In this document: piece by piece, positions 12,180 to 22,128 of the stretch | Layout: every line of letters starts with the position of its first letter | Position numbering within the stretch: the stretch's first letter is position 1 | Assembly: GCF_964213995.1 (NCBI RefSeq) | Contig: NW_027590122.1 | Span: 1,116,001 to 1,180,000 of the forward strand | Source: Mustelus asterias | Lineage: Eukaryota | Length of the DNA stretch: 64,000 nucleotides | Direction: 5' to 3' | Made by a program: the position numbers and the translations under genes | Notes under the pieces: generated by a model | What the model was told of the DNA's origin: nothing | What the model saw: only the letters and a program-made list of their open reading frames with translations | The model's database searches: none

Positions 12180-13435
12180 TAATAGCAAAGTACTGCAAAT
12201 GCAAGAATCTGAAGGAAAAACAGAAAATGCTGAAAACTCTCAGCAGGTCTGGTAGCACCTGTGGAGAGAGAATCGAGCCAACATTTAGAGTCAGGATGAC
12301 CCTTCCTCAGAGCTGAAGACAAGGAAACCGAGACAAGATTTGTACTGGGAGGGTGGGTTTGTTTTCTGGTGGTGGCGGGGGGGGGGGGGGGGGGGTGGTA
12401 TGTAGTTGAAACGAATGGCATAGAGAGAATAACAAAGTGAATGTAAATGTGATGATAAAGGCTGAGAATGGTGCTGAGAGTGTCCATTAAGAGATTGCGA
12501 TGGATAAATGGCAAAACAGAGATTGCAGAGTATATGAATGCAACTGTTGTCCCCATTGGGATGGGGAGGATGGGTTTGGGGGAGAGATGAAGCAGGGTTG
12601 AAAACGAGATTTCAGAAGTTGAAAACTAAAAATAAGAAAATAAAGTAATAAAAATGGACGAATATGATGAAAAGAAGAAATTAGATAAAATAAATGGAAA
12701 GGGAGTGGAGGTGGAGGCGAAAGGTCATGCTCTGAATTTGTGGAACTCAATGTTCAGTCCCAGAAGTCTGTAAAGTGTCTCATCTGAAGATGCGATGCTG
12801 TTCGTCCAGTTTCCATTGGGCTTCACTGGAATTTTGCAAAACAAAGAAATGACCTGTGGAGAGGCAACCAGGATGGTGTGTTCAAATGATAAGCGACAGA
12901 AAGGTCTGGGTCCTGCTTGCAGATTGACCATAGGTATTCTGCAAAGCGTTCAACCAGTCTGCATTTGACTCTCCAATGTAGATTAGATCGCATTGGGAGC
13001 AGCGAATGCCATGGACCAGATTAAAGGAAGTGCATATGAAGCGTTGCTTCACCTGAAAAGAATGTTTGGGCCCTGGGATGCCGAGGAGGGAGCAGGTGAA
13101 GGGGCAGGTGCAGCATCTTCTACGATTGCCATTGGCGATAGGTGCGTTGTTAGGTGTGTTGAAGAAGTGGACACGGGTTTCCCGGAGGCAACGGTGCCTG
13201 TGGAGTGCTGAGAGGGAGAGTGAAGGGAAGATAGCTTGAATGGTGGCGTCATGCTGGAATTGTCAAACATGGCGGACGATGATTATTTTAATGAGGAGGT
13301 TGATGAGCTGAAAAGCGAAGACAAAGGGACAATATCCTGGTCCTGGGAGGGAGGAGAGAGGGTGAGAGCAGTCGCCCTGGAGATGAGTCGGACATGGCTA
13401 ATAGCCCTGTCCACCACAGTGGGTGGAAATCCACG
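12180..13435 (-). mobile_element. Degenerate Penelope-like element fragment
   Basis: Decayed RT-thumb/GIY-YIG-like text (RGFPPTVVDRA); terminal repeat with hammerhead-like core at ~12280-12310; interrupts a CR1. Confidence 0.65.
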
Positions 13436-13439
13436 GTTT

Positions 13440-14130
13440 GAATGCTCTCTAATTGGTTCCACAACATATTGTTGCAGCAAACAATCCCTAATGCATTCAG
13501 TGAACTCTCCCTCGGGGCTAGCCTTGTCAATTTGTTAAATCCAATGTACGTGCATAGTAAAATAATCCATAATTATTGCAACACCTTTCTTACAAGCCCC
13601 AAAAATTTCCTTATTTCTCCTGTGCCCAACTACAGACCGACCGTTGGGGGACATGTATATTACTTCACCATCTCATTTTCCTTTCTGTCTATCCGTCCGA
13701 AATATTGAGCACCCTTGGATCTTCAATTTCAAAATCTGGTTTTCATTGCAACCACGTCTCAGGAATTGCTACTAAGTCAGATCCATTTGTCTCTATTTGT
13801 GCTGTTAGCTCATTAATTTTATTCAGAATGTTTCACGCATTCAAAGATACAAAGCCCTGAAGTTTGTTCTGTTATCAAATTCCCCCAATCTTGCACGACT
13901 TTGTTGCAATATGATGTTCACATGTTCTGTGCCTTCATGTTCGCTCACCTGCAGTCCAACCTTGTCCTTCACGTTCGATTTTTTAAAACCTTTGCATGCA
14001 ACAAGGTCTTGTCTCCCCCCGCCCTATTATTCAATTTAATGCTATACCTACAGCCCTAGTTATGTGATTCGCCAAGACTCTGGTCCCAGCATGATTCAGA
14101 ATGAGTCGGTACCAATGTAACAGTTTCCTC
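13440..14130 (-). mobile_element. CR1 APE-region fragment
   Basis: Degenerate endonuclease text continuing the 11006-12160 element. Confidence 0.6.
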
Positions 14131-14134
14131 AAGT

Positions 14135-14705
14135 CACAGAGCTTTACAACATTGAAAAAAGGCCCTTCAGCCCGTCTTGTCCACGCCATCCAGATTTTAC
14201 CGGTAAGCTAGTCCCAATTGCCCGCATTTGGCCTATACCCCTCTATACGCATCTTACTCATGCAAGTGTCTAAATGCTTCTTAAAAGTAGAAATTGTCCC
14301 CGCCTCCACTACTACCTCTGGCTGTTCTTTCCAGACACGCAGCAGCCTCTGAGTGAGGAAAATGCACCTCTGGACGATTTTGCAGTTTGAAAAACAACCC
14401 TCTCCAACCACCCCCTGTCTTCTCTCTTCAAGCCAATTTTGCATCCAATTGGCTACTTCGCCATGGATCCCGTGAGATTGAACCTTATGCAGCAACGTCC
14501 CATGTTAAAGTCCATGTAGTCTACATCCACTGCACTACCCTCATCTACCTTCTTGGTCACTCCTTCAAAAAATTCATTCAAATTCGTGAGTTATGATTTT
14601 CCACTCACAAAGCCATGCTGACTGTCCCTAATCAGCCCTTGCCTCCCTAAATGCCTGCAGATCCTATCTCTCAGAATACCTTAGACCAATTTACCCCCTA
14701 CAGAC
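14135..14705 (-). mobile_element. CR1 3' fragment, internally deleted
   Basis: HGIHGEVANWMQNWL joined to VVEAGTISTFKKHLD; CR1 3' UTR. Confidence 0.8.
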
Positions 14706-14759
14706 GAATTCGAACACATTTCTCCCACACGAAACTTTGAACCATTCATTTACCTCTTT

Positions 14760-15213
14760 TTTTTTTCTTATTGAACCAATGTCAGGTCGCTCGTGGCTCA
14801 GTTCGTAATCCAGAGATTATTACCTTTTCCGTTCCGTTTTGAATTTAGGTCCTAACTGCTCATATTCCCTTTGCAGAACCTGCATCCTTGTTCTGCCTTT
14901 GTCGTTGATACTTACATGGACCATGACAAATAGATTTTTCCCCTCCCATTACATGTTACTATGAAGCCCACATGAGATGTCCCGAATCCTGGGATCAGGT
15001 AGGCATCGCAACCTCCGGGACCCTTGACCCTGATCATAGAGAAAATTGTCTTTGACCCTAACTATGCATTCGCTGATTACGACTACGTTTCTCCTTGCTG
15101 TCCCTCTTGAAAGACCACCATGCTTTTGTCAGTTCGCTTATTCTCCCTCCAGTGCTCGTTTTCATCCACAGAAGCAGCAAGAATCTCGAATTTGTTCGAC
15201 AAGGAGAAGGGCT
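14760..15213 (-). mobile_element. CR1 ORF1 fragment
   Basis: LSNKFEILA and a degenerate VVVHVS.ND esterase-like block resembling ORF1 at 27398-28114. Confidence 0.55.
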
Positions 15214-15215
15214 GA

Positions 15216-15556
15216 GGTTTTCGTCCAGCTCTCTCTGTGTACTGTATCACTGTGTCTGTAATCCTCACTATGTTAAGGTTTTTGTACAGCTCTCTCCTTG
15301 TTCTGTATCACTGTGTCTGTGATTTTCACCAAGTTCATTTTTTATACAGCTCTTTCTGTGTTCTGTATCACTGTGTCTGGAACCCTCACCATGTTCACGG
15401 TTGTACTGCTCTCTCCGTGTTCTGTATCACTATGTCTGTAATCATCACAACGATCAGGTTTCTTTACAGCTCTCTCCGTGTTGTGTCTCACTATGTCTGT
15501 AATACTCACCATGCCCAGGTTTTTGTACAGCTCTCTCCGTGTTCTGTATCACTGTG
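15216..15556 (-). repeat. Tandem array of six 23-spacer recombination signal sequences (~60-bp unit)
   Basis: Heptamers (plus strand cactgtg/cactatg) start at 15248, 15309, 15369, 15428, 15489, 15550; each lies 23 nt from a nonamer position; 15277-15315 and 15518-15556 are perfect CACAGTG-23-ACAAAAACC. Confidence 0.93.
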
Positions 15557-15861
15557 CTTTGCTCCGACTCAGTGCACAGTGATACAAAGCGGAATCGCTC
15601 ATTTCCAGTTTGGAGATCTTTAACCAGCTTATTTTCTCGGCAGAATCGATAGAAGCAGAAATTCTCCCACCTGCAGCATTTTCTTTATTTTCCTCTCCTG
15701 ATGTCTGTGTCTGAAGCAGGTATTTCGGAGACTGTCCTGCAGACTGACTGTACCAGCGTATAGTATACTGACAGAACCCTGAATATTCCCAGCTTAAAGT
15801 AACCGTGTCACCAACAGCAGAGTTTGTAGAGGCGGATTCTTAGACACAAGGTAACGAGAAT
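15557..15861 (-). pseudogene. Leaderless supporting TCR-delta V segment of a NAR-TCR cassette, damaged
   Basis: ESASTNSAVGDTVTLSWEYSGFCQYTIRWYSQSAGQSPKYLL...ISKLEMSDSALYHCALSRSK; extra Cys in CDR1; pyrimidine tract + AG acceptor; consensus 23-RSS; first canonical Cys codon is TGG (15789-15791); 5' end out of frame with a TAA. Confidence 0.88.
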
Positions 15862-16019
15862 CTGGGGGATAAAAAAAGAAACAGCGTTTGCTTCTGTGGT
15901 TCAGTCACTGTTTACCAGGGGAATGTGTCAATTCCGGGAGTAGCTCAGTTTTATCCGGTATTATTATTATTTTAAATCTGATGGAACTGTATTCACTGTT
16001 ATTATTATTATAAACCAGT

Positions 16020-16253
16020 GGAAAATGAGGTTTTCTTTGCACAACAAGATCCAACGGTCTGGAATGCAATGTCGGAATAGATGGTGGGAGCTGAATCAAC
16101 AGTGACAAACACACGGGTAATACTCAAGCGCCGGAACAGGAATAAAACGGTTATGGGAAAATCCATGACTCGAAGAACTGGATTTCACTTATAAAGAGCT
16201 GCATCTACTCGAGGAGCCGAATGTCACCCTTTTGCACTCTATGATTCAATGAT
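16020..16253 (+). mobile_element. Very old CR1-type 3' end remnant
   Basis: gtctggaatgc...ggttatggg...gccgaatg...ctatgattc pattern shared with other CR1 tails. Confidence 0.55.
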
Positions 16254-18075
16254 GTATGTTACATTTCACTGTCTATTTCCCTTCCTAAGAGACAAACACG
16301 AGGGAACATTTTATTATCAGTGAGGCAATCCGTTTCAAGTGACTAACCCAGCTGCGTTACGTCACAGCGCACAGCAAGATGCGACAGGGAATGACTGTGA
16401 TTCATCAGCTCCAATGGGGTGGAATGATGTTGAACGTCGGTGCTCAAATGTCATTCATTTGTATCTGTTTAACACTTCCCCGGAATCTCTGTTTATTCAT
16501 CTATTTGTTTTTCTTCTGCTATCGAACTATCAGGAACATCTCTTCTCCTTTTCTCTTTACTTGGAAATATTTACAGTCAGTTTTATTTTGTTTCAACATT
16601 TACTTTGCGCTGTTTGGGTTCGTTGCAATCGTGGAAACTTCTCCCAAAGTCTCTCAGTTGTCAGTTGAGTTCATTCTGTTCAGTTTCTGCAGTGGTTTTA
16701 AAGTTACTCACTGGGAACTGCCTCTTCTGGCTCTCTGACAAGTTCAATTCTTTTTTTGCTCTTTAGCTGATTCTCTTCCGCGTTCTCTGGGCGGAATTCT
16801 CTCTACGTTTTAGATTGTATAGAAATTTCAGAAGAGGAACAGGAAATTCGGCCTAGCTCACTGATGTCTGCATAGAAACACCCGACCAGCCTCACCCCTC
16901 AGAAATCTAATTGACCATTTCTATCCAGCTCACTCTGTCGGTCTATTCTGTTCTCCCTTCAATATTTTCAAGTCTTCCCAAAAATGTATCACTCGCCTCT
17001 GCTCCAAACATTCAATGTGACAGCGAGATCCACACTCTGGCTGTCGCTGTTTGAATTTATTCCAACTGATGTATTTATTTTCTTCTGTAAATGACAGCTG
17101 TCAGGAAACACAGGTAGTTTAAATAATCTCTTCAGTGTTTTTGAATATTACAAATGAAGTAAAGGTTTAATCAGTTTAATTTCATATTTTAGTATAAATA
17201 TGGTAAAACTCCAGTTATATTCATTTGATACAAAAGTGTTTTCATGTGTGGGGATTTTGGTTTCATTTTAAATTATGCCTCTATTGACGGTGGAAAATGA
17301 GGAAAGTGATTGGTTATATGGAGGATGTTTAAAGGAATGTCAGGTACAATTTCACAAATTTCAGTCACTGATTTCTCCATTGAAAAATTCAATCCAGAAC
17401 TAAACAGGGTCTCTTATATCTGGAATCCGTTGTCTCTTTTATTCTATTTGTCTCCCGGACCAGGTATTGGATGAGTCGCTGCGGTTAAATGAACTGTCCG
17501 CAAGGGCATTAATCTCATTCAACCGGAAACTCCTTCACATTACACGGCAGGGACTGCAGTCTACTGTCCAGGATAGAGCTCTGCGATCCCACTGCTGGGC
17601 TGTAAGAGACAGGCAGATCTCCCTCGGTCACAATTAACACCGAAGGTGGATTCCAGAATGCCGATAATTTGAACTTGTTATAAACTGTCAGGATTGTGAA
17701 AGCCCTTGATATGGATGTGAACCCCGATGTGCCCGTTAAACCAATGATGACCCAAATGCTGTCAACCCTCACATCACAGCCCGTCCAGCCCCCCCCCCCC
17801 CCCTCCACTTCCACCCCCCACCCCCACCCCCACCACCACCACTATCCCTACAGCTCTGGCCGCCTTCTGCATCAGGTCTCACAGACACTTTCCTCAGGAC
17901 TGACCTGGATCGACTCCTAAATCACGTCCTGTTCCCAAATCGAAATCTGTAACGGATTTGTAAACAGGTCCTTATCCGTTTCATTTGGACTGAAACGATA
18001 CAGATCACGATAATAAAATGACAGTGAGCATTAAACGAGACATTTTGTAACACGGCGGGGTTTGGAGTCACTTAC

Positions 18076-18154
18076 CGGCTGTGACAGTCACCACCGTCCC
18101 TGATCCATCGGCATCATACCATTCGTATACTCTCCCAAACCGCCCCTCGGGAGT
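18076..18154 (-). CDS. NAR-TCR J segment (79 nt; possibly germline-joined DJ)
   Basis: TPEGRFGRVYEWYDADGSGTVVTVTA, then phase-1 GTAAGT donor; preceded by a 12-RSS. Confidence 0.9.
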
Positions 18155-18182
18155 CACAGTGTTAGAATTCAGCATCAAAACC
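18155..18182 (-). other. 12-spacer RSS of the J/DJ segment
   Basis: Plus strand CACAGTG-ttagaattcagc(12)-ATCAAAACC. Confidence 0.9.
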
Positions 18183-18507
18183 CCAGATACTGTGTGAGAT
18201 GCAGGGTCATTAATTAAACAGCGGGGACTGCGGTTTCCAGTTCCAGCTGAGAGACCAGGATCCCATCTTTTGTTTAGGTTTGTAACTGGGATCAGTCATT
18301 TCCATTCTCCATTCATCAACACCAATCCCGTGAAGGATATTAACTTCCCCACAGATTCCATGTTTATAACACTCAGAATGTTAACGGTAATAATCCAATC
18401 TCATTATAAACTAGACTGTGGGATTGACGGTGTGTGATGGAACTGTGCGGGTGTCAGGGAAGATTAACTCCGCTTTTTCATTTGTTTATGTGAAAATCTT
18501 CAGTGAG

Positions 18508-18545
18508 AGTTTTAGTATGGCGGGAAGCCAAGACCCATCACTGTG
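18508..18545 (-). other. 22-spacer (23-type) RSS of the NAR-TCR V
   Basis: Minus strand CACAGTG-22 nt-ACTAAAACT. Confidence 0.88.
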
Positions 18546-19025
18546 TTAATGCCTTTGTAATGGGCTTTACAGTAATAGGTGGCAGTGTCTTCAACTCTCA
18601 CATCCCGAACTTCCAACGAAAATGTCTTTTCTTCTTTATTCACCGACACAACAAATCTCCCTCCGCTGGAGATCCGCTCCCACTCTGTTCCAGCCTGTGT
18701 TTGTCTGAAGAATTCCGCCCTCTCCAAAGCATGAGCAAAGAATCCACCATAGAAAACACAGTTGATGGTGAGGGACTGACACTCCTTCCTTGTCACCGCT
18801 GCCGGGCTCTGTACCACTGAATGACTAAAAGATCCTGGAAAGTGAACACATATAGTTTAATGGACATTCAGAGCCGAACCACACAACGGAGCTGAAACCC
18901 CGGACAATGTCTGTAACTGGGATGGACTGTGGCAGCTTTATATTCAATCCACACAATGTGGGTTAGTTTGATTGGTACTCACGGGGTAAACAGGCACACA
19001 GGGTGAAAACAAGGAGGGCTCCCAT
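18546..19025 (-). CDS. NAR-TCR (IgNAR-like) V gene; leader exon 18983-19025, V exon 18546-18834
   Basis: Leader MGALLVFTLCACLP with GTGAGT donor; in-frame V ..VVQSPAAVTRKECQSLTINC..ERISSGGRFVVSVNKEEKTFSLEVRDVRVEDTATYYCKA; short FR2/CDR2 typical of NAR; extra FR1 Cys; Phe at the usual Trp position. Confidence 0.92.
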
Positions 19026-19339
19026 CACTCTGCTGCCTGGAACTGATGGAAAAATGACGGGGAGCTGCAGACTGCAGAGCTGGACTGCTCTGGGACACTG
19101 GATCTCAGAGCTGGAATTGAAATACTTCAGGCCCGAACATCGTCAATCTTGGCCATGCCCATTGTTTGAAATAAAACTCGAGGATGGAAAGGTGGCAGAA
19201 ATCTGTGAACATTCAGTCGAAATTCCACAGCTATCGCTGCCTCAGAGCTCCCGGCCCGTCTCGGGACCCCACTGGGTGTCGCCATCCACAGTTTGGGAAT
19301 GTCTCTCTTTGTCAAAAGCAAGTAAGATTCTTATTCTTT

Positions 19340-20165
19340 TATTATTGTAAGCGTACAAGTGCAGAAATTGCAGTTGGGGCATTAATATGCTCCTCCTGCC
19401 TGATGTGGGATATCAGGGAGCTTTCAAGTGTCCCTGGCGACTATGCCTGCAGGAAGTGTGATCAGCTGCAGCTCCTCACACACCACATGGTTCGGGTGGA
19501 GCGGCAGCTGGACACACTAAGAAGCATAAAGGGGGAAGTGAGTGTGACAGGCAGTCAGGGAGGTGTCACACCACAGGTCCAGCCATGTAGGTGGGTGACC
19601 GCCTGGAGGGGCAGGCAGGTGAGACAGAAGTCTCCTCTGGCTGTTCTCCTATCAAGCAGGTATATCGTTTTGGATACTGTTGCGGGAATAGCCTCTCAGG
19701 AGAAAATATCAGCAGCAGCCAGGCCTGTGGCACCACAACTGGTTCTACTGTAGAACAAAGTTGGGCTAAGTCCAAGGGACTGATAGTAGTAGAATATGGG
19801 ATAGTCAGGGGCACACACAGTCGTTTCTGTGGCAGCGAGCAACACTCTTGGATGGTGTGTTGCTTCCCTGATGCCATGGTCCTGGATGCCTCTGAGTGGG
19901 TACAGGGCATCCTGAAACGGGAGGGTAAACAGACAGATGTCATTGCCCACAGTGGCACTAATGACAAAGATAGGAAGGGGGAAGTGGTCCTGCGAAGACC
20001 ATTCATGGAGTTAAGTAGAGAGCGGAAAAGCAGGACCTCTCGGGTAATAATCTAAGGATTACTCCCCATGCCACGTGCTAGCGAGGTTTGGACAGGGAGT
20101 TGAGCACGTGGCTAAAGAGCTCGTGCATGAGGGAGGGCTTTAGATATATGAATGACTCGGATGCC
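19340..20165 (+). mobile_element. CR1 ORF1 fragment (zinc finger + esterase-like)
   Basis: CSSCLMW...YACRKCDQLQLL; IVRGTHSRFCG, VCCFPDA, HSGTND. Confidence 0.85.
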
Positions 20166-20306
20166 TTCAGACGACTGAAAGATCTCATTGGCGGATTGTG
20201 CTGCATTTTCATGTTCCGATTATTTTATTTTAATATAGTTTAATGCAGATGAACCTATTCACAGAACGGACACCAATTTCAGAAACAGGTACAGGCGAAC
20301 TCGAAG

Positions 20307-20366
20307 ACACACACACGAACACATTCACAGACATACACTCTCAGACAAACAGGCACAGGGAAATTC

Positions 20367-20397
<31 letters not shown>

Positions 20398-20540
20398 TAT
20401 ACAGATATACACAAACAGCCACAGGCAATCTGGCAAACACACACAAACACATGCACAGAGACACACTCACATACATGCAGACAAACAGACACACACAGAC
20501 ATGCACACTATGACACACACTCTCACAAACACAGAGACTG
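20307..20540. repeat. CA-rich microsatellite / low complexity
   Basis: (CA)n with interruptions. Confidence 0.9.
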
Positions 20541-20749
20541 ATTGAGACAATGAAGGTTTGATGTCAATCTCACTCTAAATTCACGTGTTGGACACTAAAA
20601 CCATTACAGAAGCAAATCAGATGTTCGATGTCTGGGTTTCATAGTGAACACCCACGCCCTTGATTGAAGCGTTAATGAGGTCCAATACGGGATTCCTGCA
20701 AAGGTCTATAACCTATTGGATATATGGACCATTGCTTAAATTGTAAAAA

Positions 20750-21495
20750 AAAATGCAGCATGTTGCCTTGCAGAGGGACTTGGATTTCCTTGTGCATGAA
20801 TCTCGAGAAGTTGGTTTGCATATGCAGCAGGTAATTAAGAAAGACAAATGGAATTCCGTCCTTTATTGCGAGAGGTATAGAGTTTAAAAACAGTGAGGTT
20901 ATGTTGCAACTGTACAAGGTGCTGGTGAGGCCACACCTGGAGTACTGTGTACAGTTTTGGTCTCCTTATTTGAGAAAGGATATACCGGCACTGGTGGCAG
21001 AACGGAGGAGATTCACGAGGTTGCTTCCGGAGTTGAGAGGGTTGGCTTATAAGGAGAGACTCAGTAGCCTGGGGCTACACTAATTGGAATTCAGAAGAAT
21101 GAGGGGAGATCTTATGGAAACTTATAAGATTATGAAGGGCATCGATAAGATCGAAGCAGGGAAGTTGTTTCCACTGGCAGGTGAAGCTAGAACTCGGGGC
21201 CATGGCCTCAAAATCAGGGGAAGCAGATTTATGATTGAGTTGAGGGGGAACTTCTTCACACAAAGGGTTGTGAATCTGTGGAATTCCCTGCCCAGTGAAA
21301 CAGTTGGGGCTACCTCATTGAATGTTTTTAAGGCAAGGATAGATAAATATTTGAACAGTAAAGGAATTAAGGGTTATGGTGAGCGGGCGGGTAAGTGGAG
21401 CTGAGTTCATGAAAAGATCAGCCATGATCTTATTGAATGGCGGGGCAGGCTCGAGGGGCGAGATCGGCCTGCTCCTGCTCCTAGTTCTGATGTTT
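20750..21495 (+). mobile_element. CR1 3' end
   Basis: LYKVLVRPHLEYCVQFWSP; RRMRGDLMETYKIMKG; 3' UTR. Confidence 0.92.
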
Positions 21496-22055
21496 TAAAG
21501 TTATTATGATGGAAGAATTATCTGTTAGTTTTACTTGAATCTTTTTTAATATGGGTGTGAAACATTCAGGTGCCGAAATTCGGTCCATCGATAGGAAAGT
21601 CCAATAAATCCGCACTGAGTCCCGATTTCTTCATCTGTCCGAGTGTTTTTTTCCTATTTCCATATTATTAAGACCGAGTTTTCAAAAAAATGCTTCTGGG
21701 AACTGCGCACTATTTCCTCTAGTTCACTTACAGCATCACTTGTCTCTGTCTTTTTGAGCACACACTACTATTAGACATGCTTCAGATGGTGATGAACTAT
21801 ATAAGTCTGTGCCTATCAATCCAAAAATTCTGTTGTCGAATGAACGAGATGCTAATATGTGCACGGTGTCAAAATAGGAAAGTTTCTTTACTGCCATTGC
21901 GTCATGAAATTCAGCATTTCTGATTTTGGAGAAAGCATTTTAGGCCGAGTTCAGAGCAATGATAAGATGGCTGCAACATCGAGATTTGGATCATATTCAG
22001 CAACAAACTGAAATCATACAGGCTTTCCTCACCCTTCATGAGAAAGCTTAATGAA

Positions 22056-22128
22056 TACTTCTACCCAGTTCCGAAGCGGGGACGTTTTGCGTGTTAGGTG
22101 AAAGTGATAACCAGTACACGACAGAAAC
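22056..22128 (-). pseudogene. tRNA-Val(AAC) pseudogene
   Basis: gtttctgtcgtgtactggttatcactttcacctAACacgcaaaacgtcccc; several stem mismatches. Confidence 0.7.

Noticed and set aside
15216-15556. CRISPR-like repeat/spacer appearance
   Set aside because: Linkers are homologous to each other, the repeat is an RSS, the context is vertebrate and no cas genes are present
17515-17920. ORFs in the J to V-delta intron
   Set aside because: No Ig-domain Cys/Trp pattern or RSS; driven by a poly-C tract
18183-18507. D segment candidates at tactgtg, gactgtg and aactgtg
   Set aside because: No opposing heptamer and no nonamer at the right spacing
20243-20545. His/Thr-rich and Cys/Val-rich ORFs
   Set aside because: (CA)n translation artefacts
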